Shown here: positions 19,268 through 29,141 of the stretch, in pieces
Layout of the letters: each line of letters starts with the position of its first letter
Position numbering within the stretch: position 1 is the first letter of the stretch
Origin: an uncultured bacterium
GTDB taxonomy: Bacteria; Bacteroidota; Bacteroidia; Chitinophagales; Chitinophagaceae
Length of the DNA: 51,589 nt
Direction of reading: 5' to 3'
NCBI GenBank assembly: GCA_903959965.1
Contig: CAJBZC010000300.1
Coordinates: forward strand, 1-51,589
Notes under the pieces: generated by a model
Seen by the model: only the letters and a program-made list of their open reading frames with translations
Databases searched by the model: none
Told to the model about the DNA's origin: nothing
Position numbers and translations under genes: made by a program

Positions 19268-19852
19268 TTAAGCGATGTTGGGTTCGTTGTAGAGTTTTTG
19301 CTCCCTGTCGTAACGACCGATCCACCAACCGTCTTCCGCCACTTGTGTATTGATCTCCTTGGCACCAACACTTTCCAGGTAAGCGCTGAGTGCAGCCTCA
19401 TCCGTTTTTTCAGTGCATTCAATCACCATGACAAAAAGATCATCCGTGGCGCGTGCGTGGAAATGATGCTTCTTAATGAAGGGTGCCAACTGGCAGATAT
19501 AGCAAAAGGTCAATACCATGCCTACAGCCGCCATCAGTACGGTCAACTCGAAAGTTATGGGAATCCACGCCGGCAGTGCGAAATGTGGTTTACCACCGAT
19601 ATTCATCGGCCAGTCCTTAGTAAAAACCCAACTCATGAAAGTCACAGCCGTGGTGGTTCCTGTCAGGCCATAAATAAAGCCCGCGGTATGAAGACTGGTA
19701 TCACGGAGCCCCATGGCCTTGTCCAGACCGTGCACGGGAAACGGAGTATATATGTCGTGGATCTTGTATCCTGCGTGACGCACCTTGTCGACGGCCGGAA
19801 AGAGTACCTTCTCTTCATCAAAGCAGCCAACCACAAATTTCTTGAGTGCCAT
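19268..19852 (-). CDS. actD: Alternative complex III subunit D (DUF3341)
   Basis: YTPFPVHGLD, DWPMNIGGKP and PITFELTVL. Confidence 0.93.
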   Translation of the reverse strand: MALKKFVVGCFDEEKVLFPAVDKVRHAGYKIHDIYTPFPVHGLDKAMGLRDTSLHTAGFIYGLTGTTTAVTFMSWVFTKDWPMNIGGKPHFALPAWIPITFELTVLMAAVGMVLTFCYICQLAPFIKKHHFHARATDDLFVMVIECTEKTDEAALSAYLESVGAKEINTQVAEDGWWIGRYDREQKLYNEPNIA

Positions 19853-19876
19853 TCCTTCTGTTTTTCGTTTTAATGC

Positions 19877-21358
19877 TTAGTTGTGTGCCACTTTTACATC
19901 CGCTGAATGATGATCATCATCGTGATGATGAGCTTCGGAATACAACTGGTCGTCAGTCATGCGCTCGATGCCGGTCATCTCACCTTTGTAGCTTTCGCCT
20001 GAAGTCTTTAGTACATGCTTGATCTCGGCGATGGCTATTACAGGGAAGTATTTGGCAAAAAGGAAAAAACAGGTGAAGAACAGTCCAAAAGTACCCAGGT
20101 AGAAACCAATTTCCCAGATGCTCGGACGATAATACATTGACCAGGAGGATGGCAGATAATCACGATAGATCGAGGTCACAATGATCACAAAGCGCTCGAA
20201 CCACATACCGATGTTCACCACAATGCTCATCACAAAAGTGAAGGTGATGTTCCTCCGCAACTTTCTGAACCAGAAAAGCTGAGGAGAGATTACGTTACAG
20301 GTCATCATCAGCCAGTAGCTCCATCCATAAGGACCGGCGATCCTGTACTTGAAAAAGTGATCCTGTTCGTAAGGCACCATGCTGTACCAGGCCATGAAAA
20401 GTTCGGTTAGGTACGCGCAACCTACGATCGATCCCGTCAGTACAATAACTTTGTTCATCACTTCGATGTGACTGAGCGTAATATATTGCTCAAGCCCCAT
20501 CACTTTCCGCATCACCAGCATCAGGGTCTGCACCATGGCAAAACCCGAAAAGATGGCACCGGCAACAAAGTAGGGTGGGAAGATCGTGGTATGCCAACCC
20601 GGAATGATGGAAGTAGCGAAGTCGAAGGATACAATCGTGTGTACAGAGAGTACCAGTGGTGTCGAAAGACCGGCTAGTACAAGCGAGAGACTCTCATGAC
20701 GCTGCCAGTGCTTTGTACTTCCCGTCCAACCAAAAGCCGCAACACCGTACATCATTTTCCTGAACTTGGTCTTGGCACGGTCGCGGATGGTCGCCATGTC
20801 CGGAAGCAAACCGGCGTACCAGAACAGTAAGGAAACAGTAAAGTAGGTGGAGATCGCAAATACGTCCCACATCAGCGGAGAGTTGAAATTAGGCCAGAGA
20901 GGTCCGCGGGTATTGGGATATGGCAGTGTGAAGAAGGCCAACCATACACGACCCATGTGGAAGATCGGGAATTGCCCGGCACATATTACTGCGAAGATGG
21001 TCATCGCCTCTGCTGCACGGTTGACCCCCGTCCTCCAACGCTGACGGAACAACAGCAGAATCGCGGAGATCAGCGTACCTGCGTGACCGATACCAACCCA
21101 CCATACAAAGTTGGTGATATCCCAGCCCCATCCGATGGTTCTGCCCAGGTTCCACTGGCCGATACCGTAGGTAACTTCACGATATACCGAGAACACCCCA
21201 AACATCAGCAACGCCACGGAGATATAGAATCCGATATACCAGAGTCTGGTGGGTTTCGCCTCGATTGTGTGGCAGATATCCTCCGTCACGTCATGGTAGC
21301 TCTTATGCCCATCCACCAGTGGTTCCCTGACCTGGGATTCGTACTTGATCAAGCTCAT
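19877..21358 (-). CDS. actC: Alternative complex III subunit C (NrfD family quinol-oxidising subunit)
   Basis: WGWDITNFVWWVGIGHAGTLISA, RAAEAMT, HMGR, SPLMWDVFA and ERFVI. Confidence 0.96.
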   Translation of the reverse strand: MSLIKYESQVREPLVDGHKSYHDVTEDICHTIEAKPTRLWYIGFYISVALLMFGVFSVYREVTYGIGQWNLGRTIGWGWDITNFVWWVGIGHAGTLISAILLLFRQRWRTGVNRAAEAMTIFAVICAGQFPIFHMGRVWLAFFTLPYPNTRGPLWPNFNSPLMWDVFAISTYFTVSLLFWYAGLLPDMATIRDRAKTKFRKMMYGVAAFGWTGSTKHWQRHESLSLVLAGLSTPLVLSVHTIVSFDFATSIIPGWHTTIFPPYFVAGAIFSGFAMVQTLMLVMRKVMGLEQYITLSHIEVMNKVIVLTGSIVGCAYLTELFMAWYSMVPYEQDHFFKYRIAGPYGWSYWLMMTCNVISPQLFWFRKLRRNITFTFVMSIVVNIGMWFERFVIIVTSIYRDYLPSSWSMYYRPSIWEIGFYLGTFGLFFTCFFLFAKYFPVIAIAEIKHVLKTSGESYKGEMTGIERMTDDQLYSEAHHHDDDHHSADVKVAHN

Positions 21359-21417
21359 TTGTCAGTTATTTACAGGACGTTCTTCGCTATTTATTTCGTC
21401 TTTCCCTCTTATAGATT

Positions 21418-24400
21418 TCAATGTGCGGGTGTGGCATGTTCTCCGGGGGCGGCAGTGGCTGCAGCCTCGTGGTGAGCATGACTGGCTACTCCTACATGAC
21501 GGTCAGTATTCCGGATCTTGGCCAGATAGCTGACATTTGGCAGCACATGGATCTGCTCCAGGGAGTAGAAGAGACGATCCTTTTGCTCCTCGTTGCGGAT
21601 CTTCGAGATCGGACTCTTCTTATCATTAACATTACCGAAAACGATGGCATTGGTCGGGCAAGCCTGCTGGCATGCTGTCTTTAGGTCCCATTTCCCATCA
21701 GCTCCCGTTTCAAGGGGACGATTTTCCTTCTTGGCCTTGAGTTTTCCTTCCTGCAGACGTTGAACACAGAAGGAGCACTTCTCGATCACACCGCGAGAAC
21801 GTACCGTAACATCCGGGTTCAAGACCATGCGGGTGAGATCATCATTCATCTGATGAACTGCGTCGGAAAGACCTATACCCTGTTGGTTATCGGCAAAACT
21901 GTCGGCTCCGGTATAGTCTGCCCAGTTGAAACGACGGACCTTGTAAGGACAGTTGTTGGCACAGTAGCGGGTACCGATGCAACGGTTGTAGGTCATCTGG
22001 TTGAGACCTTCGCTGCTGTGGTTGGTCGCGTTTACAGGGCAAACATTCTCACAGGGGGCATTATCGCAATGCTGGCAGAGCATTGGCATGAAGACCACGT
22101 TCAGATTATCCAGATCGTCAGCGCCAGAATCATCACGATAGGTAGCGAAATAACGGTCGATACGCAGCCAGTGCATTTCGTGGTTCCGCATGACTTCGCT
22201 CTTGCCAACCACAGGCACGTTATTCTCAGCCGTACAAGCAATAGTGCATGCGCCACAACCTGTACAACTGTTGAGGTCGATGCTCATACCCCATTTCGGA
22301 CCCGGATAGGGGAAATCGGGATAGAGGGTCCCTTCGACACGATAATCTCCCGTGTTCTTGGCATAGTCTTCGGCGAGCTTATGACGCTCGTCTGACAGCA
22401 CACCCGGCTTCTTGGAGAATTCGGTCAGAGAGTATTCACGAACAACCTCTTTGCGACCTTCGTATTGGTTGTGTGTCTGCGTATATGCGATATCGTATGT
22501 CTCAGAAGTCTTCTCAACTGATACATCCGCGCGGTGATAATCGAATGTGGTACCATTGAAACCAACCAACGGGAAAGCATTCTGTCCGATGTTGGCAGCA
22601 GCCTTACCGGTCTTCTTGCTGCGGCCGTAACCTACTGCGATGGCAATAACACCGGGATGCATACCTGGGATGACCAGGATCGGAAGCGTCATTTCCTGTC
22701 CGCCGGCCTTCATCTTGATCACCGGCTTGAACGTCTCTACTTCATAGTTATCATCTACGGCGATACCGAGTTCCTTGGCCATGGCAAAGGAAATGATCGC
22801 ATAGTTGTCCCAGGTGGCCTTGGTGATCGGATCAGGCATCTCCTGCAGCCATGGGTTGTTGGCACTCTTGCCGCTGCCGATGGATACTTTGGAATAAACA
22901 ACGAGTTCTGTCTTGTCGCCAACCTTGGCAGAAGCGAGTTTCGCGGCCGAAGCTGCCACAGCGGAGCCATTATAGGCTGCACCCGCAGCATCCCCCGACT
23001 TTTCAATGACACCATCCTGCAGCGCCTTATCCCAAGCCTCCTGGCCTCCCAGGGTCTTGATCCAGTAAGCCTTCACATATTCTCCATACTCCGTGTCATT
23101 GCCACTCCACTTCAACAGAGAAGTCTGGAAGGCACGTGTCTTGAACAATGGAGCGATGGTGGGCTGGATGAAACTAATGAAGCCGGATTTTACCTCCGCA
23201 TCACCCCAGCTCTCCAGGAAATGGTGGTCTGGAATCGCGTATTTACAAAGCACCGTGGTCTCGTCTTCACGGTCATTGAAAGATACCGTCACCGGCACTT
23301 TCTTCAGACCTGATTCAAATTTCTTAGCATCGAAGTAGTCGTATGCGGGGTTGACGCCATGGATCAACAGGGTACCAACCTTTCCGTCATTCATTTCCTG
23401 AACGAGGTCGGCCATAGCCTTGTCACTTCCCTTCTTCGTTTGAAGGTTGGATGACCAGTCTATCGTGGTGCCATTGGCACCCAATGCTTCGTTGATGGCG
23501 TTTACAACGACCTGTACATCCTGGTTGTTGCTGCCAGAGACCACCAGGGCCTTGCCATTAGCCGCCTTCAGAGACGCAACGGTGGCGGCAATGCCTTTTT
23601 TCAATCGCTCGTCCTTCAAAGCAGGGGCCGTGACAGCACCACCCAGGCCTGCCAGCAGGGCCAGCGCGACAGCTCCGGTTTCGGTGGGGCGATGAACGAA
23701 GCGTTCATCTGCATTCGCCCCCGTAAGGCTGAGAACACTTTCAAACTGGATGTGCTTGCTCATCTTGAGCTGACCCGCAGCCACCTTGCGACCGGCAGCG
23801 TACTGACGGGAATATTCCACCGGATTCAGCCAGGTACCCAGGAAGTCGGCACCCAGACTTACAATGACATCAGCTTTATCGAAACGATAAGAAGGAACAG
23901 CGTATTTGCCAAAAGATGCCTGATTCGCCAACAGCAGACCGCTGGCAGACAGTGCATCATATTGAAGATGACGGCTGCCCGGAAATTTAGCCAGGAAACC
24001 GTCGATCACCAACTGAGTGGTGGGAGATGTTTGCGAAGAAGTAAGCAGTACCACGGGCTTACCGACTGCTGCAGCGATGGCCCCTGATACCATTTTATCG
24101 AAGGCCTCGAAACTGGAAACCTCTTTGCCGTCCGCAAGTGGGAAACGCAACCTGGCCGTATCATACAGATCAAGCACTGAAGCCTGGACCTGGGCAGAGG
24201 TGCCTCCACCCGTCAGAGAGGACTGATCATTACCCTCTATCTTGATAGGGCGGCCGTCACGCACTTTGGCCACAACCGGTACTACGTTTCCATCCTGTAC
24301 AAAAGTGGTGGCGTAATAATTAGGTACGCCCGGAATGAGATTGTCAGGCTTATTGAGATATGGGATGCTCTTCTTTACGGGCATTTCGCAACTGGCGGCG

Positions 24401-24585
24401 GCCATGGCAGCGGCAGTGCTGAAACCGAGGTACTTAAGGAAGTCGCGGCGAGGGGTCGTCGCCTCCATCAGTCCATTTCCAGCTTCGACAGTCAGATCCT
24501 CGGAGAATTCATCTTTCAGACTTTCCTGGTAGGCTTCACTGTTCTTCAGTTCACCGAAATGCTGCCAGTACTTTTTTTGCTCCAT
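21418..24585 (-). CDS. actB: Alternative complex III subunit B (molybdopterin-oxidoreductase-like plus Fe-S domain)
   Basis: Tat motif RRDFLK followed by lipobox AASC; GRPIKIEGN; Fe-S motifs CTGCGAC, CQHC..PC...CP, CIGTRYC...CP and CSFC...CQQACP. Confidence 0.96.
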   Translation of the reverse strand: MEQKKYWQHFGELKNSEAYQESLKDEFSEDLTVEAGNGLMEATTPRRDFLKYLGFSTAAAMAAASCEMPVKKSIPYLNKPDNLIPGVPNYYATTFVQDGNVVPVVAKVRDGRPIKIEGNDQSSLTGGGTSAQVQASVLDLYDTARLRFPLADGKEVSSFEAFDKMVSGAIAAAVGKPVVLLTSSQTSPTTQLVIDGFLAKFPGSRHLQYDALSASGLLLANQASFGKYAVPSYRFDKADVIVSLGADFLGTWLNPVEYSRQYAAGRKVAAGQLKMSKHIQFESVLSLTGANADERFVHRPTETGAVALALLAGLGGAVTAPALKDERLKKGIAATVASLKAANGKALVVSGSNNQDVQVVVNAINEALGANGTTIDWSSNLQTKKGSDKAMADLVQEMNDGKVGTLLIHGVNPAYDYFDAKKFESGLKKVPVTVSFNDREDETTVLCKYAIPDHHFLESWGDAEVKSGFISFIQPTIAPLFKTRAFQTSLLKWSGNDTEYGEYVKAYWIKTLGGQEAWDKALQDGVIEKSGDAAGAAYNGSAVAASAAKLASAKVGDKTELVVYSKVSIGSGKSANNPWLQEMPDPITKATWDNYAIISFAMAKELGIAVDDNYEVETFKPVIKMKAGGQEMTLPILVIPGMHPGVIAIAVGYGRSKKTGKAAANIGQNAFPLVGFNGTTFDYHRADVSVEKTSETYDIAYTQTHNQYEGRKEVVREYSLTEFSKKPGVLSDERHKLAEDYAKNTGDYRVEGTLYPDFPYPGPKWGMSIDLNSCTGCGACTIACTAENNVPVVGKSEVMRNHEMHWLRIDRYFATYRDDSGADDLDNLNVVFMPMLCQHCDNAPCENVCPVNATNHSSEGLNQMTYNRCIGTRYCANNCPYKVRRFNWADYTGADSFADNQQGIGLSDAVHQMNDDLTRMVLNPDVTVRSRGVIEKCSFCVQRLQEGKLKAKKENRPLETGADGKWDLKTACQQACPTNAIVFGNVNDKKSPISKIRNEEQKDRLFYSLEQIHVLPNVSYLAKIRNTDRHVGVASHAHHEAAATAAPGEHATPAH

Positions 24586-24650
24586 AAATATGTTGTAAGG
24601 TTCTTGCTCGATTGGGTTCAGTCCGGCCTGCGCCGATTGAAGAATTCAGA

Positions 24651-25901
24651 TCAATAGTGACATTTCTGGCACTCGGTTCCGCCGATCTTCTCTACGGTAA
24701 CGCTGTCGATCTTATTGTTTTTCAGATCTTCATGAAACTTTTCGTAGATGCTGTAATATTTATTGTCGGCAAACTGAACCTTGGTTTCGCGGTGACAATT
24801 CACACACCAGCCCATGCTGAGATCAGAATGCTGATAAACTTCGCCCATCTTCTGGATCTCACCATGACAGGTTTGACACTGGACCTTTCCGGCACTTACG
24901 TGCTGTGAGTGGTTGAAGTAGACATGATCAGGCAGGTTGTGGATGCGAATCCACTCGATGGGTTTCCCTTTGCCTGTGTACTGCTTGGCTTCGGGATCCC
25001 AACCGGCGTACTGGTACAACTTCTGTATTTCAGCGGTACCGTCAACTTCGCTCCCGTCCTCCCGATAAAGTTTAGGGCCTTTGGCATATTCGTTGATGCC
25101 CATGTGGCAGTTCATACAAACATTGACTGAAGGGATGTTTGCATGTTTGCTCTCCTGAGCGCCTCCATGGCAGTAAAGACAGTTGATCTGATTGATGCCG
25201 GCGTGTACGGTGTGAGAATAATAGATCGGCTGCTCAGGCTGGTAATCCTTGGAACGACCCAGTCCTTGTGCACCCTGGAAGGTTACATAACCACCTACCA
25301 TGAAAAGAATGATGGCAGATAAAGCGATGTAAGCCTTATTCCTCCAGAAAGGTACCGGCTCAGCAGTGGCCTGGCCCTCTCGCTCATCAGTCATCTTCCG
25401 GAGATTGCTGTTCACCTGCAAAAGGATAAGGGCAATCACACCAAGGATCAGTGTCAGAAGGCCGAATAGAAGCGTGCTGTCAGAACTGGCCGGTTCGCTG
25501 GTGGGCTCTGCACCGCCTGTGGTATCGCCATCCTTTTTAACGGGACCTGCGCTGATGTAACCCAGAATAGCATCAATGTCAGCATCCTTCAATTCAGGGA
25601 ATGCCGTCATCTGAATCTTGTTGTACTCATTGTACACTTCTACAGCCCGGGGATATCCGGACTTCACAACAGCCGCACTGTTGCGAATCCATGCATACAA
25701 CTGAGCCTTTTCCGGCCACCTGTCTTCCACACCCTTCAGGGCGGGACCGACAAGTTTCTTGTCAATGGCATGACAGGATGCGCACTTTTGGTTGAAAAGC
25801 TGTTTTCCATCCTGCGCCTTGTTGGCGAGCGGACTCATCAGCAGCGAACCGAAAACCAAAAGAGATAAAATATTCCGCACAACGGATCGATGATGCATCA
25901 T
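24651..25901 (-). CDS. actA: Alternative complex III subunit A (monoheme plus pentaheme cytochrome c)
   Basis: Six CxxCH motifs: CASCH in the N-terminal domain, then CLYCH, CMNCH, CQTCH, CVNCH and CQKCH after two TM helices. Confidence 0.95.
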   Translation of the reverse strand: MMHHRSVVRNILSLLVFGSLLMSPLANKAQDGKQLFNQKCASCHAIDKKLVGPALKGVEDRWPEKAQLYAWIRNSAAVVKSGYPRAVEVYNEYNKIQMTAFPELKDADIDAILGYISAGPVKKDGDTTGGAEPTSEPASSDSTLLFGLLTLILGVIALILLQVNSNLRKMTDEREGQATAEPVPFWRNKAYIALSAIILFMVGGYVTFQGAQGLGRSKDYQPEQPIYYSHTVHAGINQINCLYCHGGAQESKHANIPSVNVCMNCHMGINEYAKGPKLYREDGSEVDGTAEIQKLYQYAGWDPEAKQYTGKGKPIEWIRIHNLPDHVYFNHSQHVSAGKVQCQTCHGEIQKMGEVYQHSDLSMGWCVNCHRETKVQFADNKYYSIYEKFHEDLKNNKIDSVTVEKIGGTECQKCHY

Positions 25902-25946
25902 AACCTCAGCAGTTGTTGAAATGAAGGAGCAGAGAGCTCAGCGCGG

Positions 25947-25954
25947 CAAAAATA
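25947..25954 (-). promoter_or_regulatory. Bacteroidota -7 promoter element for the act-cta operon
   Basis: TATTTTTG on the minus strand matches TAnnTTTG and lies ~45 nt upstream of actA. Confidence 0.65.
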
Positions 25955-26133
25955 AGACGGGATTTTAACATTATATGCACATTCATTACAATTTTTTCGG
26001 CATCAAATCCGCACCGTTCCAAGCGTTTTGACAAAATTGTGACGGAAATCGTGATACGGGTTCAAACCATGTTGGCAAGTCCTTGTTTCAGACATCGGAT
26101 CTCCTTTCTCGAGTATTTTATACAAATTGCAGC

Positions 26134-26472
26134 ATGTTCGGAAAATTGAAGAAAAAATGGAAGGTGGAAAGCAATCTCCAGCTGTTCCTTATCCTTTGCA
26201 CATTTGCCGTAACCGGAACCCTCACTGCCTTTATTTCAAGACAAATCACCGCCTGGGTCGGATTTGACCAACAAACTTGGTGGCTGTGGCCTTTTTTAGT
26301 GCGGGCCACCGTATTGATCTTTGGTTATCAGGTCATTATCCTGATTATCTCAGTTTTTTTCGGTCAATTCCGATTTTTCTGGAACTACGAAAAGAAAATC
26401 CTCATGTGGATGGGTGTCATTCGACGTGAAACCAAGAACAAAATGGCAGATCCGGCCGGCGCTATGCCTTGA
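26134..26472 (+). CDS. Small conserved membrane protein (DUF6787-like)
   Basis: KLKKKW, ILCTFAVTG, YQVI and FGQFRFFWNYEKK; ATG at 26134. Confidence 0.75.
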   Translation: MFGKLKKKWKVESNLQLFLILCTFAVTGTLTAFISRQITAWVGFDQQTWWLWPFLVRATVLIFGYQVIILIISVFFGQFRFFWNYEKKILMWMGVIRRETKNKMADPAGAMP

Positions 26473-26514
26473 GTCCGGTAAATAAGAGCGGTTTGGAAAC
26501 CTCAGCGCAACAGC

Positions 26515-27126
26515 ATGAAGAAACTTGCAATATTTGCATCAGGTGCCGGAAGCAATGCCCAACAGATCATGAAGAGGTTCCGGAACCATGCTGACATTGA
26601 GGTATCTCTCATTGTCTGCAATCGGCCCGGAGCAGGAGTGCTCAACATCGCCCAGACAGCGGGCATTCCGAAACTGATGATCGAAAGAGAACGTTTCATG
26701 AAAGGGGATGCTTACATCCCGGAACTCGAAAATTTCGGCATTGATGTGATTATCCTTGCCGGATTTCTTTGGAAAGTGCCTAACAGACTGGTAGATGCCT
26801 ATCGGGGGCGCATCCTGAATATCCACCCGGCATTGCTCCCCTCGCACGGCGGAAAAGGCATGTACGGTATGAATGTTCATGAATCCGTCATCGCTGACCA
26901 AGACACAAAAAGCGGAATCACGATCCATCTGGTGGATGAACTATACGACCATGGCGCGCATATCTTTCAGGCGGATATTCCAATCCTGCCCGGAGAGACG
27001 CCAGCATCACTGGCCACCCGCATCCATGAGCTGGAACACAGATATTTTCCTGCCGTCATTGAGAAATTCTTGCTGGGAGCAGACTGCCCGATTGATTTGT
27101 CGTCCATTGAATCCATGACGCCATGA
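26515..27126 (+). CDS. purN: Phosphoribosylglycinamide formyltransferase
   Basis: FASGAGSNAQ, LAGFL, LNIHPALLP, GITIH.V...YDHG and HELEH. Confidence 0.96.
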   Translation: MKKLAIFASGAGSNAQQIMKRFRNHADIEVSLIVCNRPGAGVLNIAQTAGIPKLMIERERFMKGDAYIPELENFGIDVIILAGFLWKVPNRLVDAYRGRILNIHPALLPSHGGKGMYGMNVHESVIADQDTKSGITIHLVDELYDHGAHIFQADIPILPGETPASLATRIHELEHRYFPAVIEKFLLGADCPIDLSSIESMTP

Positions 27127-27908
27127 TGAATGTCGCTGTCCGATACGGTATCCTGTGGAGTATCGGCCTCTTGCTTGGCCAGCTGAAGCCTGTGGCAGGG
27201 TATGGGCAATCGGAGATCCTCCTGCGCGGAACCGTATATGATTCGACCCGAATGGTGTCCATCCCAATGGTGCGCGTCACCAGTACGGGGGGGAATGTTA
27301 CTTATACAGACTCCATTGGACAGTATCGCATCCCTGTCACATCCCGGGATTCGGTCGCTTTCTTCTATAGAAACCGATCCACCACGCTGTTTCCCGTCAA
27401 AGACATCAAATACCATCAGGGATTCGACGTCTCACTGCTGGTTACTGTATCCGATAAGTACAAGACCCTCAAGGAAGTGGTAGTAATCAAAAAAACATAT
27501 CGACAAGACAGCATAGAAAACCGGGAGAAATATGGAAAAGCGTTCGGATTTGAGCGGGGGCTCTCTGTGACCTCTGGCGGCGATATCATGGGTGGGGCAG
27601 GCCTGGATCCCAACAGCATCATCAACCTCTTCCGCTTCCGAATGCAACGCAGCATGAGAAGCCTGCAGAACCGACTACTGGCCGAAGAAGCGGAGAAATT
27701 TGTCAATTATCGCTTCAATAAGAACCTGGTAAAGAATCTCACCAGTTTGGAAGGAATGGACCTCGACCGCTTCATGATCGTGTATAGACCTTCCTACGAA
27801 TTCACCGCGGCCACCGCCGAATACCAGTTTTATCAATACATCCTGGATGCCTCCCGACTTTACAAGCAGGGCATCCTCCCAGGACCCGACTTCTGGAAAT
27901 TCAAATGA
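27123..27908 (+). CDS. Exported protein with carboxypeptidase-regulatory-like N-terminal domain
   Basis: Signal peptide; LRGTVYDS..., TDSIGQYRI and LKEVVV; ATGA overlap with purN. Confidence 0.7.
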   Translation: MMNVAVRYGILWSIGLLLGQLKPVAGYGQSEILLRGTVYDSTRMVSIPMVRVTSTGGNVTYTDSIGQYRIPVTSRDSVAFFYRNRSTTLFPVKDIKYHQGFDVSLLVTVSDKYKTLKEVVVIKKTYRQDSIENREKYGKAFGFERGLSVTSGGDIMGGAGLDPNSIINLFRFRMQRSMRSLQNRLLAEEAEKFVNYRFNKNLVKNLTSLEGMDLDRFMIVYRPSYEFTAATAEYQFYQYILDASRLYKQGILPGPDFWKFK

Positions 27909-27953
27909 ACGGGGATTGAACAGGCAATCGCTATCTTTAGCAAAAGCCTCTGT

Positions 27954-29141
27954 ATGTTTAGAACACGGCGCGCATTATTGCTCATTTTCAGCGCATTCAC
28001 CTTGCATGGAAACCTATCTGCCCAAACAAAAAGGAATATTCATAACCGGTCCGTGCTAATCGATACGCATAATGATTTCCCCAGCAACGGTGTCAGCAAT
28101 GGGCAACTGTTCGATTCGGACCTCCGTGGCAAGACACATTCTGATCTGGCCCGGATGAAGGAGGGAGGCGTCGATATCCAGATCTTCTCGATATTCTGTG
28201 GCGGTGAGCAGGTCAATCCCTACGCCTGGGCCCACCGGGAAATCGACTCAGTCCATGCCTGGGTGAAACGAAATCCGGAAAAAATGGCCTGGGTCCGTAA
28301 CAGCAGTGACCTCACGAAAGCCGTAAAAAAAGGCAAACTCGGGACGATGCTCGGCGTCGAAGGCGGGCATATGATCGAGGACGACCTTGGAAAACTGGAC
28401 ACCCTTTTTCAGCGCGGAGTTCGATACATGACACTAACCTGGAACAATTCCACCACCTGGGCCAGTTCGGCGCTGGACGAAACCACCCATCCGGAAACAC
28501 TCAAACAAATGGGCTTGAGCGACTTCGGAAAGACAGTAGTACGTCGCATGAACGAGCTGGGGATGATCGTCGATGTATCACACAATGGGGAAAAAACCTT
28601 CTGGGATGTCATCGAACTGACAAACAAGCCGATCATCGCATCACACAGTTCCGCCTACGCCCTCAGCCCACATCGCAGGAACCTGAAAGATGACCAGCTG
28701 CGTGCCATCGCCCGCAATGGCGGTGTGGTACATGTGAACTTCTACGCCGGATTCATCGACAGTACGTATGAGGAAAAAGCCGGTCAGTTCCGCAAGCGGG
28801 AACGAAACAAGGTCGACAGCCTCATCCGGACAGGCATGCAGCCAGACTACGCCCGCATCAACGTTGCCCGAGAACATGCCGACGAATATCTGAAGATCCG
28901 GCCTTCCATTTCCCTGCTCCTCGATCACATCGATCACATCGTGAAAGTAGCGGGGATCGATCATGTGGGACTTGGTTCCGACTTCGACGGCATCGAGGCA
29001 CCCCCGCGCGAACTCAACGGTGCGGAGGATTTTCCGAAGATCACGGAAGGGCTGGTACAAAGAGGCTATTCAGCTAAAGACATCAAAAAGATCCTGGGGG
29101 GCAATTTCATCCGGGTGCTGAAGGCCAACGAAAATCGTTGA
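27954..29141 (+). CDS. Membrane/renal-type dipeptidase (peptidase M19)
   Basis: Signal peptide; DTHND, GVEGGH, YMTLTW, DVSH, ASHS and GLGSDFDG. Confidence 0.93.
   Translation: MFRTRRALLLIFSAFTLHGNLSAQTKRNIHNRSVLIDTHNDFPSNGVSNGQLFDSDLRGKTHSDLARMKEGGVDIQIFSIFCGGEQVNPYAWAHREIDSVHAWVKRNPEKMAWVRNSSDLTKAVKKGKLGTMLGVEGGHMIEDDLGKLDTLFQRGVRYMTLTWNNSTTWASSALDETTHPETLKQMGLSDFGKTVVRRMNELGMIVDVSHNGEKTFWDVIELTNKPIIASHSSAYALSPHRRNLKDDQLRAIARNGGVVHVNFYAGFIDSTYEEKAGQFRKRERNKVDSLIRTGMQPDYARINVAREHADEYLKIRPSISLLLDHIDHIVKVAGIDHVGLGSDFDGIEAPPRELNGAEDFPKITEGLVQRGYSAKDIKKILGGNFIRVLKANENR

Noticed and set aside
21760-23313. Long plus-strand ORFs (211 and 259 aa) antisense to actB, and similar ones at 16559-17236, 34838-35638, 38443-39234, 41813-42574, 43662-44453, 46912-47718 and 49598-50326
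   Set aside because: Each lies wholly opposite a well-supported gene and has no motifs. Such shadow ORFs are expected from codon bias.
26025-26056. Possible CRP/FNR-like site upstream of actA (TGTGA-cggaaa-TCGTG)
   Set aside because: Only one half-site matches well, which is too weak to call.
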